Origin: Dehalococcoidia bacterium
GTDB taxonomy: Bacteria > Chloroflexota > Dehalococcoidia > UBA6926
Length of the DNA stretch: 64,000 bases
Assembly (NCBI GenBank): GCA_965224255.1
Contig: CBDCYO010000005.1
Coordinates: forward strand, 963,223-1,027,222
Direction: 5' to 3'
The first letter of the stretch is position 1. Each line of letters starts with the position of its first letter. The position numbers were made by a program, and so were the translations under genes. This document shows positions 56,633 to 64,000 of this stretch, in pieces. A model generated the notes under the pieces. It was not told the DNA's origin. It ran no database searches and was given only the letters and a program-made list of their open reading frames with translations.

Positions 56633-57205
56633 ATGCGGTTGATCCCCGGCTTGCTGATGACAGCGTTGCTGCTTGGAATGCTGCTGCTCGCGGTTGGGTG
56701 CAGCTCAACCGCGCCGGATGAATCGCCCGCTCAGAAGCCGGCAACCGCGCCCGCGGATACGTCACCACCACTCGGTAATCGCGTTGGTGAGCGCGCCCTT
56801 GATTTTACCGTTACGACAACGTCCGGTGAGATGCGCTCCCTCACTGATTTCATGGCGGCCAATCAGCCCGTTATCGTCTATTTCTTTGCAACCTGGTGAC
56901 CATCGTGTCGGTCCGAGTTGCGGACCCTCAAGAGTGTTTACCCCGACTACCAGGATGATATCGGCTTCATTGCGGTTGACGTCGATCCGTCTGAGGACGC
57001 TGAGCATATCGCGACGTACGCCGCACAACAGGCCTATCCATGGGAGATGGCCACGTATGACGGCGGCATTCTCGTTGACTACGCAATCACGAGTCAGGCA
57101 TCCAAAATCGTGATTGATGCCGATGGAATTATCACGCTGCGCGGAACGTACGGGACACTATCCGAACGTGCATGGCGGGACGCGCTAGACGCAGTGACGG
57201 CATGA
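56633..57205 (+). CDS. TlpA/ResA-like thiol:disulfide oxidoreductase lipoprotein with in-frame TGA (56897-56899) at the first Cys of the CxxC motif; candidate selenoprotein (UxxC), or a pseudogene
   Basis: Lipoprotein signal MRLIPGLLMTALLLGMLLLAVGCSS. Both flanks of the TGA are in the same frame and give QPVIVYFFATW-[TGA]-PSCRSELRTLKSVYPDYQDDIGFIAVDVD, the canonical thioredoxin-fold WCxxC context. Hairpin GGTCCG-AGTTG-CGGACC begins 11 nt after the TGA. Confidence 0.55.
56910..56926 (+). promoter_or_regulatory. Candidate bacterial SECIS-like stem-loop (GGUCCG AGUUG CGGACC) 11 nt downstream of the in-frame UGA
   Basis: 6-bp perfect stem with 5-nt loop containing GU, positioned at the distance expected for bacterial SECIS elements. 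Confidence 0.4.
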
Positions 57206-57242
57206 TGCATCTCACCGTTTGGGCGACACGCAGCGACTCCCA

Positions 57243-57603
57243 CACGCCATTCTGAACCACGCTCCTCACACGTCGCTTGGGTGACGCTGCGCGTCACCCT
57301 GCCGTTCTCACCGGAACATAGCGACTCATCATGTCATTCCCAACGGAGCACAGCCGTCCCATGATCCTGAGCGGAACGTGGCCGCCCAGCGTGTCATTCT
57401 GAACGGAACGTAGCCCCACCCTGTCATTCTGAACGGAACGTAGTGGAGTGAAGAATCTAACACGCCTCTGCCGCAGTAGGGACATAGATTCTTCGCTGCG
57501 CTCAGAATGACAGAGAGGACGCTCAACAATGACAGAGAGGACGCTCAACAATGACACAGGGGGCGCTTCAGAATGACACAGGAGGCGCTTCAGAATGACA
57601 ACG
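57243..57603. repeat. Composite palindromic repeat, copy D (short-core), with degenerate left-arm units and four right-arm 24-bp units (GGACGCTCAACAATGACAGAGA-like)
   Basis: Core GAAGAATCTA (57451-57460) ... TAGATTCTTC (57485-57494). A separate 9-bp stem hairpin GGGTGACGC-TGC-GCGTCACCC at 57278-57298 lies at the 5' edge. Confidence 0.9.
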
Positions 57604-57686
57604 GGCGCCATGCCCGAACTGGCGCACGCCATCACCGTGCCTGCTACAATCGCGGTTGCGATGAGATGACGTGAGAGGACGACCCC

Positions 57687-58592
57687 ATGACGACTGAGAA
57701 CCGGCCCAGCGGCCCACCCGAGCCCGTCGACGATGAGAGCGGCGGGACTCCTGTCCTGTATGAAAAGACGGACGACGGCATCGCGATTGTGACGCTGCAC
57801 CGCCCCGGCGTGCTCAACGCCATCAACGGGGATATGACGCAGGCACTTCGTGAGGCGCTTACCACCGCAGACACGGACGATGATATTCGTGTCGTCATTC
57901 TGCGTGGCGCGGGCCGTGCATTTTCCGCCGGCGGCGATATCACGGAATCGTCGCGCCGGATTCTAGCGAACGATGAATCGCAGGAGCGCGGGACGCCCGG
58001 CGCGGCGCACATCGCGGTATGGGAGCTGGGAAAGCCGGTCATCGCAGCAGTACACGGATACGCAATCGGGCTGGCCTTTGAGCTGGCCGGGGTGTGCGAT
58101 TTCACGGTGTTGGCGGAGGACGCGAAGGTGGGCGAGATTCAGATTCGGCACGGCTACGGCCCCCCGGTCCTCATGACGCCATACATTGTCACGCTCAAGC
58201 GCGCAAAGGAAATTCTGCTTCTGGGGGATATGGTCGACGCGCGTGAGGCTCTGGCGATGGGATTAGTAAATCGCGTGGTGCCCGCAGAGGGTGTGATGGA
58301 TGAGGCGATGTCCATCGCGCGGCGCATCGCGGCACTGCCGGCGGCGACGGTCAGAATGAACAAGGCGTTGATCAATCGAGCATATGAGGTCGGGGGATTC
58401 CGATCCGCGCTGAATTATCGAGATGAGCCCGCCTTCGCAGACCTGTGGGCGTCATCGCAGCAGGATGAGGAGACGCGGGAGCGTTTGCAGGTTCTGCAGG
58501 AGCGCGGCTGGGAAGCGTTTCGCAATGAGCGCGACGCGCGGTACCACGGCCGCACGACGGAGGAAGAGGCCGCCGCCCGAGACCGGAGATAG
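57687..58592 (+). CDS. Enoyl-CoA hydratase/isomerase (crotonase) family protein
   Basis: IAIVTLHRPGVLNAING ... GAGRAFSAGGDI ... AAVHGYAIGLAFELAGVCDF crotonase-fold motifs. Confidence 0.85.
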   Translation: MTTENRPSGPPEPVDDESGGTPVLYEKTDDGIAIVTLHRPGVLNAINGDMTQALREALTTADTDDDIRVVILRGAGRAFSAGGDITESSRRILANDESQERGTPGAAHIAVWELGKPVIAAVHGYAIGLAFELAGVCDFTVLAEDAKVGEIQIRHGYGPPVLMTPYIVTLKRAKEILLLGDMVDAREALAMGLVNRVVPAEGVMDEAMSIARRIAALPAATVRMNKALINRAYEVGGFRSALNYRDEPAFADLWASSQQDEETRERLQVLQERGWEAFRNERDARYHGRTTEEEAAARDRR

Positions 58593-58699
58593 TTTACATC
58601 CCGGTCTTCGGTGACAACGCTACATAAAGGCCTCCGCCCGCGAAGGGGGATAGCCGGCCCGTGCCGAGCACCCTGTGGTTCCTCGCGCGACGTCAGCAC

Positions 58700-59085
58700 C
58701 ATACCGTTCTGAACCCCGCTCCCCACATGCCATTCCGGACAGGACGGCCCCGCTCTCCTCCATATCTGCTACCGCCGGAGCGTAGCGACTCCCCCGTCAT
58801 TCCGAACGGAACGACGCGACGCTCCCACCATGCCATTTGAACGACGCGCAGCGGCACCATGTTAGTCCGAATGGCGCGCCCCACTTCGTCATCCTGAACA
58901 GCGCGTTCCCCCTTTTGCCATTCTGAACGGAACGGCGCCTTCCTCATGTCATTCTGAACGGAACGAAGTGGAGTGAAGAATCTAACGCGCCGTATGCCGC
59001 AGTGGGAACGTAGATTCTTCGCTACGCTCAGAATGACAGAAGGGCGCGTCAGGACTGACAGTGAGGCGCTCAGGACTGAACAGTG
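58700..59085. repeat. Composite palindromic repeat, copy E (short-core), same orientation as copy D
   Basis: Degenerate left-arm units (CCATTCCGGACAGG, CGTCATTCCGAACGGAACG, GCCATTCTGAACGGAACGG, GTCATTCTGAACGGAACGAAG), core GAAGAATCTA (58974-58983) ... TAGATTCTTC (59011-59020), right-arm units GCGTCAGGACTGACAG. Confidence 0.9.
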
Positions 59086-59126
59086 CAGCACCAGGGGTGT
59101 TCGTGTCTGCTGTCGGTGCCTGAAAA

Positions 59127-59858
59127 CTACGGCGAGACAGGGAAAGGTGTGACGGAGATGGAGCGCGCGCCATCCGGGTCAGAGAATTCGACGATTGAGG
59201 ATAGCCCGACCCACGTCGGTGAGCCCGGGTAGTAGGCCACGACGCCACCCTCACTGATGTTCATGTGCGCGTCCCAGTGCCCCAGTGCCACGTAATCGCG
59301 TCCGCAGTTGGCGATTTCTTCAGGGAAGATGGGGTATGAGCGCCCCGCGTCCGCCGTGTCGCGGACGTAGTGGCCATGTCCGATGGCAATCTGCCATGGC
59401 TCCGGTCCGGGCGGAGGCGGTTCTTTGAGGGGGTAGAGCGCCACATCGTCATAACTGATGTGGGGCTTGCCCCACACCGCCAGCCCAAGCTCCGGATACG
59501 TCACCGTCTCGCCCTTCGGATCCTTGATCAAGTGAACGTTCGGCGTGCGTCCATCCAGATCCATGCGCCAATAGACGGAGTTCTGCTCCAGAGGATCGTG
59601 ATTGCCCGGCAGGATAATCGTCGGCATCGGCAGCCGTTCAAGTTGCTCGAGTACATAGTCTGCGATTTCTGCCTTGATGCGGTTATGGTCGAAGAAATCC
59701 CCCGCGATGAGAACAGCGTCCACGCGTTCCTCAAGAGCGCGATCGACAACGATTTTAAAGGCGTGTAGACACTTACGCGGCTGCGGCGACCATCGTTCTG
59801 TGAACGCGCCGATATGCACGTCTGAGGTGTGGAGAATGCGTACGAGGTCTCGTGACAT
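59127..59858 (-). CDS. Calcineurin-like metallophosphoesterase
   Basis: ILHTSDVHIG ... IAGDFFDHN ... GNHD motifs of the metallophosphatase superfamily. Confidence 0.75.
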   Translation of the reverse strand: MSRDLVRILHTSDVHIGAFTERWSPQPRKCLHAFKIVVDRALEERVDAVLIAGDFFDHNRIKAEIADYVLEQLERLPMPTIILPGNHDPLEQNSVYWRMDLDGRTPNVHLIKDPKGETVTYPELGLAVWGKPHISYDDVALYPLKEPPPPGPEPWQIAIGHGHYVRDTADAGRSYPIFPEEIANCGRDYVALGHWDAHMNISEGGVVAYYPGSPTWVGLSSIVEFSDPDGARSISVTPFPVSP

Positions 59859-59907
59859 CGTCTTTTGGAGCGGGCCGCCCTACGGTGGCGTGAGGACTCT
59901 GGGGGAG

Positions 59908-59994
59908 TGGTGCCGGGGGAGGGACTCGAACCCACACTCCTTTTTGGGGAAGCGGATTTTAAGTCCGCCGCGTCTGCCATTCCGCCACCCCGGC
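59908..59994 (-). tRNA. tRNA-Leu (anticodon UAA), type II with long variable arm, CCA encoded
   Basis: Minus-strand sequence GCCGGGGTGGCGGAATGGCAGACGCGGCGGACTTAAAATCCGCTTCCCCAAAAAGGAGTGTGGGTTCGAGTCCCTCCCCCGGCACCA. 7-bp acceptor stem, anticodon stem GCGGA/TCCGC with loop CTTAAAA, GGTTCGAGTCC T-loop region. Confidence 0.8.
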
Positions 59995-60067
59995 GCGTGA
60001 TTTAACTCACATAACCGAGGGCACTCGTCGACGCGATGTGACATCCTGTTACTCGGCCTCACTCAGA

Positions 60068-60334
60068 TCAGGCCGCCGGCGCCTTGTTCAGCAGTCGCGC
60101 CAAGCGACTCTTGCGCCGGTCCACATTCTTCCCGTGCAGCGTCCCCTTGCCCTTTGCGCGATCAAGCTCAATCATCGCGCTCCGTACAGCCTCCTGCGCA
60201 CCCTGTGAGCCTTCGGCGATGGATTCACGGGCACGGCGAATCAGTGTCCTGACTGTCCGATTGCGATGGCGGTTCACGTCGCGCCGCCTGTCCGACTGCC
60301 GATGTGCCTTCGCCGCCGAGATTCCCTTTGCCAC
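60068..60334 (-). CDS. rpsT: 30S ribosomal protein S20
   Basis: Small basic protein MAKGISAAKAHRQSDRRRDVNRHRNRTVRTLIRRA ... matches S20. Confidence 0.85.
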   Translation of the reverse strand: MAKGISAAKAHRQSDRRRDVNRHRNRTVRTLIRRARESIAEGSQGAQEAVRSAMIELDRAKGKGTLHGKNVDRRKSRLARLLNKAPAA

Positions 60335-60340
60335 GTTCTC

Positions 60341-62689
60341 TTACTCCTCGTCTTTGTACGCTTTTTGTTCGGCAGCCCTCGCACGCAGTACCGCCCCTGC
60401 CATTTCTTGTCCAGAGCCCCGCCCGCCACGCGGGCTATGCGTCGATGTCCGGTAGACGGTGATCACTCCAGGGAGGTCCTCAAGCCGTGACATCATCCGA
60501 CTTACCTCTGAAAGACCACTTGCCTCAACCGTGAGCGTTATCGTAACCGTGCGATCCGCATTGTGTCTATCACGCACGCCTGTAATGTTGATGTGATCGG
60601 CGGACACCAAGGTCGTGATATCGCGCAAGAGCCCGACGCGATCCTGTGACGAGATGACGACACTCGCCGGGTATTTCTGTTCGAAGTCCGGCCAGGTTAC
60701 CTGCATCAGGCGCTCTGGTTCATCTTCATTCACGACGTTGTTGCAGTCACGCCGATGAACGGTGACCCCACGGTTGCGGGTAATGAATCCGATGATTTCT
60801 TCGCCCGGCATGGGCCGGCAGCATGGCGCAGAGCGCGCTGGTGTCGCCCCGAGGCCGTGCACGTTGACGGAAAGTTCACCGCTTGATGGCCGCACATGAA
60901 TCGTCTCCGCCTTTTCATTAGGAGGCGCAAGCCGCGCTGCGATCTGGTTAACACCAACCTGTCCGGTGCCAAGAGACAGGATGAAATCATCCGCCGTTTG
61001 ATAGCCAAACAGTGTCGCAAGATGGCGCGGGTCAAGGTGCACGCCCAGGCGCCGCGCCTCTCGCTCAAGTAATTGACGCCCACGTGCGACGCTCTCAGAC
61101 CGTTCCTGCACACGGAACCAGTAGCGAACTTTGGAGCGCGCCAACTCCGTGCGTACATATCCCCGGTCAGGATTCAGCCAATCCAGGCTCGGCCCCTTTT
61201 GATTCTTGGATTGGATGATCTCAACGGTGTCGCCGTTATGAAGGGTGTAGCTGAGGGACACCATCCGCCCATTCACCTTTGCTCCCACCGCTCCGTATCC
61301 GATGTCCGTGTGGATTCGGAAAGCGAAATCCAGCGGCGTTGAGCCTGCTGGCAGCTCACGTATCTCACCCCGCGGCGTGTACACATACACCTGGTCAACA
61401 AGAATCTCACGCTTGAGCTGATCCACAAACTCCTGTGCGCCGACGACGTCTCGCTGCCAATCAAGTAATTGCCGGAGCCACGTGATGCGCTCATCGAACT
61501 GGCTATCAACTGCACCTTCCTTGTAGCGCCAGTGTGCTGCGATGCCGTACTCCGCCGTCTGATGCATGCCCACCGTCCGTATCTGGACCTCCAGCGGGTT
61601 GCCATCCGGCGTCATCACCGTCGTGTGGAGTGATTGATAGCCCGTCTCACGCGGGTTGGCGATGTAATCATCAAACTGGCCGGGAAGTGGCCGCCAGAGT
61701 CCGTGAACGACTCCCAGCACTGCGTAGCAGGCGTGCACATCTCGCGCCACGATGCGAACAGCTTGCAGGTCGTTGATATCCTCGAATTCCCGTCCCATCT
61801 CGCGGTACCGATCCATCTTCTGCGCGATGCTGTAGATGCTCTTTGTCCTTCCGGTAATCTCGACGTCCTTCAAATCCTGCGCCGCAAGTGTCTCTCGCAG
61901 AACGCGCAGCGCCTCTTCCACACCCGTCTCACGCTCCGTCAAGCGTGTGGCCGCTTGCGCGGCCACACGCTGATGCCGGGCGGGCTCCAAGTGGAGAAAC
62001 GCTAGGTCATTCAGTTCAGACTCGATACTGTCAATACCCAACCGATGCGCTAGGGGCGCGTAGATGTCTCGCGTTTCCACCGATATTCGATATCGCTGGT
62101 CGGACGACAGCGCGTCCAATGTCCGCATGTTATGTAAACGATCCGCTAACTTGATGAGGACGACGCGCACATCCTGCGCCATTGCCAGCAGCATCTTGCG
62201 CAGGCTCTCCGCCTGAAACCCACTCGCCTGTTCGGGCTGCGCTGCCGCTCCGTTCGCGTCCTGTCGCGTTTGTCCGGACAGGCGTGACAGTTTCGTCACG
62301 CCGTCCACCAGCCCCGCTACCTCCGCTCCAAATTGCTCGCGTATTTCATCGAGCGTGATGGGCGAATCTTCAACGACGTCATGCAATAGCGCCGCTTGCA
62401 GCGTCGGCGCATCAAGCATCTCGACGTCTGTCAAAATGAGTGCCGTCCCGAGCGGATGGCAGATGAACGGCTCGCCGGATTTTCGGAACTGTCCATCATG
62501 GGCACGCTCCGCCGTCCCATACGCCTGGCGTATGGCAGCAATACGCTCCGGCGTGAGTCTCTGCGCTAAAAGTCGCGCCTCAAGCTCAGGATAGCCCAGG
62601 CGACTAGGATCAGCTGATGTAGATCTGGCCGTGTTGCTCACAGCATTCACAGCAGCGCCATCGTCAGTAGCCGACCGTCTGGTGTCCAT
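60341..62689 (-). CDS. relA: Bifunctional (p)ppGpp synthetase/hydrolase RelA/SpoT (Rel)
   Basis: HD hydrolase domain (HPLGTALIL ... HDVVED), RelA/SpoT synthetase domain, TGS and C-terminal ACT domains; 782 aa. Confidence 0.9.
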   Translation of the reverse strand: MDTRRSATDDGAAVNAVSNTARSTSADPSRLGYPELEARLLAQRLTPERIAAIRQAYGTAERAHDGQFRKSGEPFICHPLGTALILTDVEMLDAPTLQAALLHDVVEDSPITLDEIREQFGAEVAGLVDGVTKLSRLSGQTRQDANGAAAQPEQASGFQAESLRKMLLAMAQDVRVVLIKLADRLHNMRTLDALSSDQRYRISVETRDIYAPLAHRLGIDSIESELNDLAFLHLEPARHQRVAAQAATRLTERETGVEEALRVLRETLAAQDLKDVEITGRTKSIYSIAQKMDRYREMGREFEDINDLQAVRIVARDVHACYAVLGVVHGLWRPLPGQFDDYIANPRETGYQSLHTTVMTPDGNPLEVQIRTVGMHQTAEYGIAAHWRYKEGAVDSQFDERITWLRQLLDWQRDVVGAQEFVDQLKREILVDQVYVYTPRGEIRELPAGSTPLDFAFRIHTDIGYGAVGAKVNGRMVSLSYTLHNGDTVEIIQSKNQKGPSLDWLNPDRGYVRTELARSKVRYWFRVQERSESVARGRQLLEREARRLGVHLDPRHLATLFGYQTADDFILSLGTGQVGVNQIAARLAPPNEKAETIHVRPSSGELSVNVHGLGATPARSAPCCRPMPGEEIIGFITRNRGVTVHRRDCNNVVNEDEPERLMQVTWPDFEQKYPASVVISSQDRVGLLRDITTLVSADHINITGVRDRHNADRTVTITLTVEASGLSEVSRMMSRLEDLPGVITVYRTSTHSPRGGRGSGQEMAGAVLRARAAEQKAYKDEE

Positions 62690-62724
62690 GACTGCTACAG
62701 TTTACCGCGTACCTGATCACGTAC

Positions 62725-63065
62725 GTCATTCCAGCCTGCCCGTCGTCAATCCGGGGGGCTGTCCACACGCCCCTCTGTCATTCGTGAGCCTCACGCCGTC
62801 TGCCATTCGTCTGCCCCTCCTCTGTCATTCTGAGCGTAGCGAAGAATCTATGTCCCCATTGCCGCAGATACGCGTTAGATTCTTCACTCCACTTCGTTCC
62901 GTTCAGAATGACATGGTGGGGCTACACTCCATCAGGAATGACGGGCGCGGCGCGGACGTTCCATCAGGAATGACGGGCGCGGCGCGGACGTTCCATCAGG
63001 AATGACGTGCGCGGGGCGGGCACCCTGCCCGGAATGACGTGTGAGGGGCGTCCGCCCCGTTCGGA
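62725..63065. repeat. Composite palindromic repeat, copy F (short-core, reverse orientation) with 32-bp tandem units CATCAGGAATGACGGGCGCGGCGCGGACGTTC
   Basis: Core GCGAAGAATCTA (62838-62849) ... TTAGATTCTTCAC (62875-62887); flanking GTCATTCG/GTCATTCTGAGCG units and three or four right-side units ending in CCGGAATGACG. Confidence 0.9.
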
Positions 63066-63077
63066 AAGGCGCGCTGT

Positions 63078-63650
63078 TTATCGGTTGCGGCCCCGCGAGT
63101 AGCGGTTGCGTCCGTCGGTGCCATCGATAGAGTGGGCGGTCAGCTCGATGATGTGGGCCTCGGGTTCCTTGCCGCGTTCGACGTCCAAGATGACGACGTG
63201 GCCAAGGCGTGCTTCTTGATTGTGGGGGTATGTGGCGCTGCCACCATTGATAATGAGCATCCCATCCTCATGGCGCACGAACTCGAAGTGGCTGTCACCG
63301 CAGACGACGATGTCCGGCAGTTCGCCCAGGTAGATTTTGACTAACTCGCTCGCGCTCCTAACCCCCCACCCATCGATGATATGGACAAGACCGAGCCGAT
63401 AGCCTTCGATATCCAGGAACCATTTCGGCCTGATCCGTTCATCAATTTCGCTGAGGCCGTAGTCATGGTTCCCTTCCGCCGCGTATGTGGGGGCAATGCG
63501 CTCCAGCCAGTCAATGACGGATGGCGTTACCAGGTCACCGGCGTGGAGGATCATGTCAACGTCCTTGAAGACAATCTCAACTTCCGGCCACAGCTCTGGA
63601 ATAGAGCCTGGGATATGGGTGTCCGAGATGATGCCGATACGTGTGGCCAT
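63078..63650 (-). CDS. YfcE/MJ0936-type metallophosphoesterase
   Basis: RIGIISDTHI ... HAGDL ... GNHD ... GHSH-like metallophosphatase motifs, 190 aa. Confidence 0.8.
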   Translation of the reverse strand: MATRIGIISDTHIPGSIPELWPEVEIVFKDVDMILHAGDLVTPSVIDWLERIAPTYAAEGNHDYGLSEIDERIRPKWFLDIEGYRLGLVHIIDGWGVRSASELVKIYLGELPDIVVCGDSHFEFVRHEDGMLIINGGSATYPHNQEARLGHVVILDVERGKEPEAHIIELTAHSIDGTDGRNRYSRGRNR

Positions 63651-63661
63651 GGGCGTGAAGG

Positions 63662-64000
63662 TTACTCGGCGCGGTCGCCAGCCATGCCGGAGCCGCGAAT
63701 CCGCGCCTTGACTCGATCCAGTGTCTCCGTCGGCGTTGGATCGATTCCATTGACCAGCGCGAGGTAATAGCTCACGTAGTCGCCCAGCAGCACGGCCTCC
63801 AGAAGTCGTGCCAGCGCGGTGTCCGTGATCAGGACAGGCCAGTAAACAGGCACGCCAAGTGGCGACAGGAAATCTCGGCTGATGGCGTACCGATCATGAA
63901 GCGAGCTCTCATCAGCCGTTGGCGGGCCCAACAAGATGACAGCGAGGTTGTCACGGAATCCCGGCTGCTCAAATCCAACAACTGCGTTGTGATGCATCTC
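63662..64000 (-). CDS. C-terminal part of a SIS-domain sugar isomerase (bifunctional phosphoglucose/phosphomannose isomerase-like); 5' end beyond the window
   Basis: C-terminal LGDYVSYYLALVNGIDPTPTETLDRVKARI resembles the conserved C-terminus of archaeal-type PGI/PMI; the track start codon is probably internal. Confidence 0.45.
   Translation of the reverse strand, partial: EMHHNAVVGFEQPGFRDNLAVILLGPPTADESSLHDRYAISRDFLSPLGVPVYWPVLITDTALARLLEAVLLGDYVSYYLALVNGIDPTPTETLDRVKARIRGSGMAGDRAE

Noticed and set aside
59908-60067. tRNA-Leu as a possible genomic-island integration site
   Set aside because: No integrase, no direct repeat of the tRNA 3' end, and the flanking genes (rpsT, relA, metallophosphoesterase) are housekeeping. 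The adjacent repeat copy E belongs to the dispersed family rather than to an island boundary.

Overview
GC-rich (~63-65%) bacterial chromosomal segment, densely coding on both strands; gene content (alternative complex III, DnaD/DnaI-type helicase loading next to dnaB) suggests a Chloroflexota-like lineage, with low confidence. Most genes are housekeeping: (1) thrB-lysC; (2) queG; (3) pncB; (4) a seven-gene alternative complex III (act) operon with a split actB; (5) rplI-dnaB-dnaD-like-tandem dnaC/dnaI-like-HIT operon; (6) purL; (7) a rhodanese gene; (8) a gcvT-gcvH-gcvP cluster whose gcvP is a fused PA+PB form; (9) hyuA/hyuB; (10) an enoyl-CoA hydratase gene; (11) tRNA-Leu(TAA), rpsT and relA/spoT. 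Non-housekeeping content stands out in several places. First, a dispersed composite palindromic repeat family (six copies, about 2.5% of the window) with variable tandem 21-31 bp arms around a 10-bp inverted-repeat core; all copies are intergenic. Second, two solitary ~1000-aa fused endonuclease-methyltransferase genes (MmeI-like Type IIG); one has a low-GC target-recognition region and the other an in-frame C10 homopolymer. Third, a TlpA-like thiol:disulfide oxidoreductase lipoprotein gene with an in-frame TGA exactly at the first Cys of the CxxC motif, followed by a SECIS-like hairpin (candidate selenoprotein). Fourth, a lower-GC two-gene islet between thrB and queG encoding a small PD-(D/E)xK-like protein and an unrecognisable 260-aa protein. 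No rRNA, no CRISPR array and no recognisable transposase or integrase were found.
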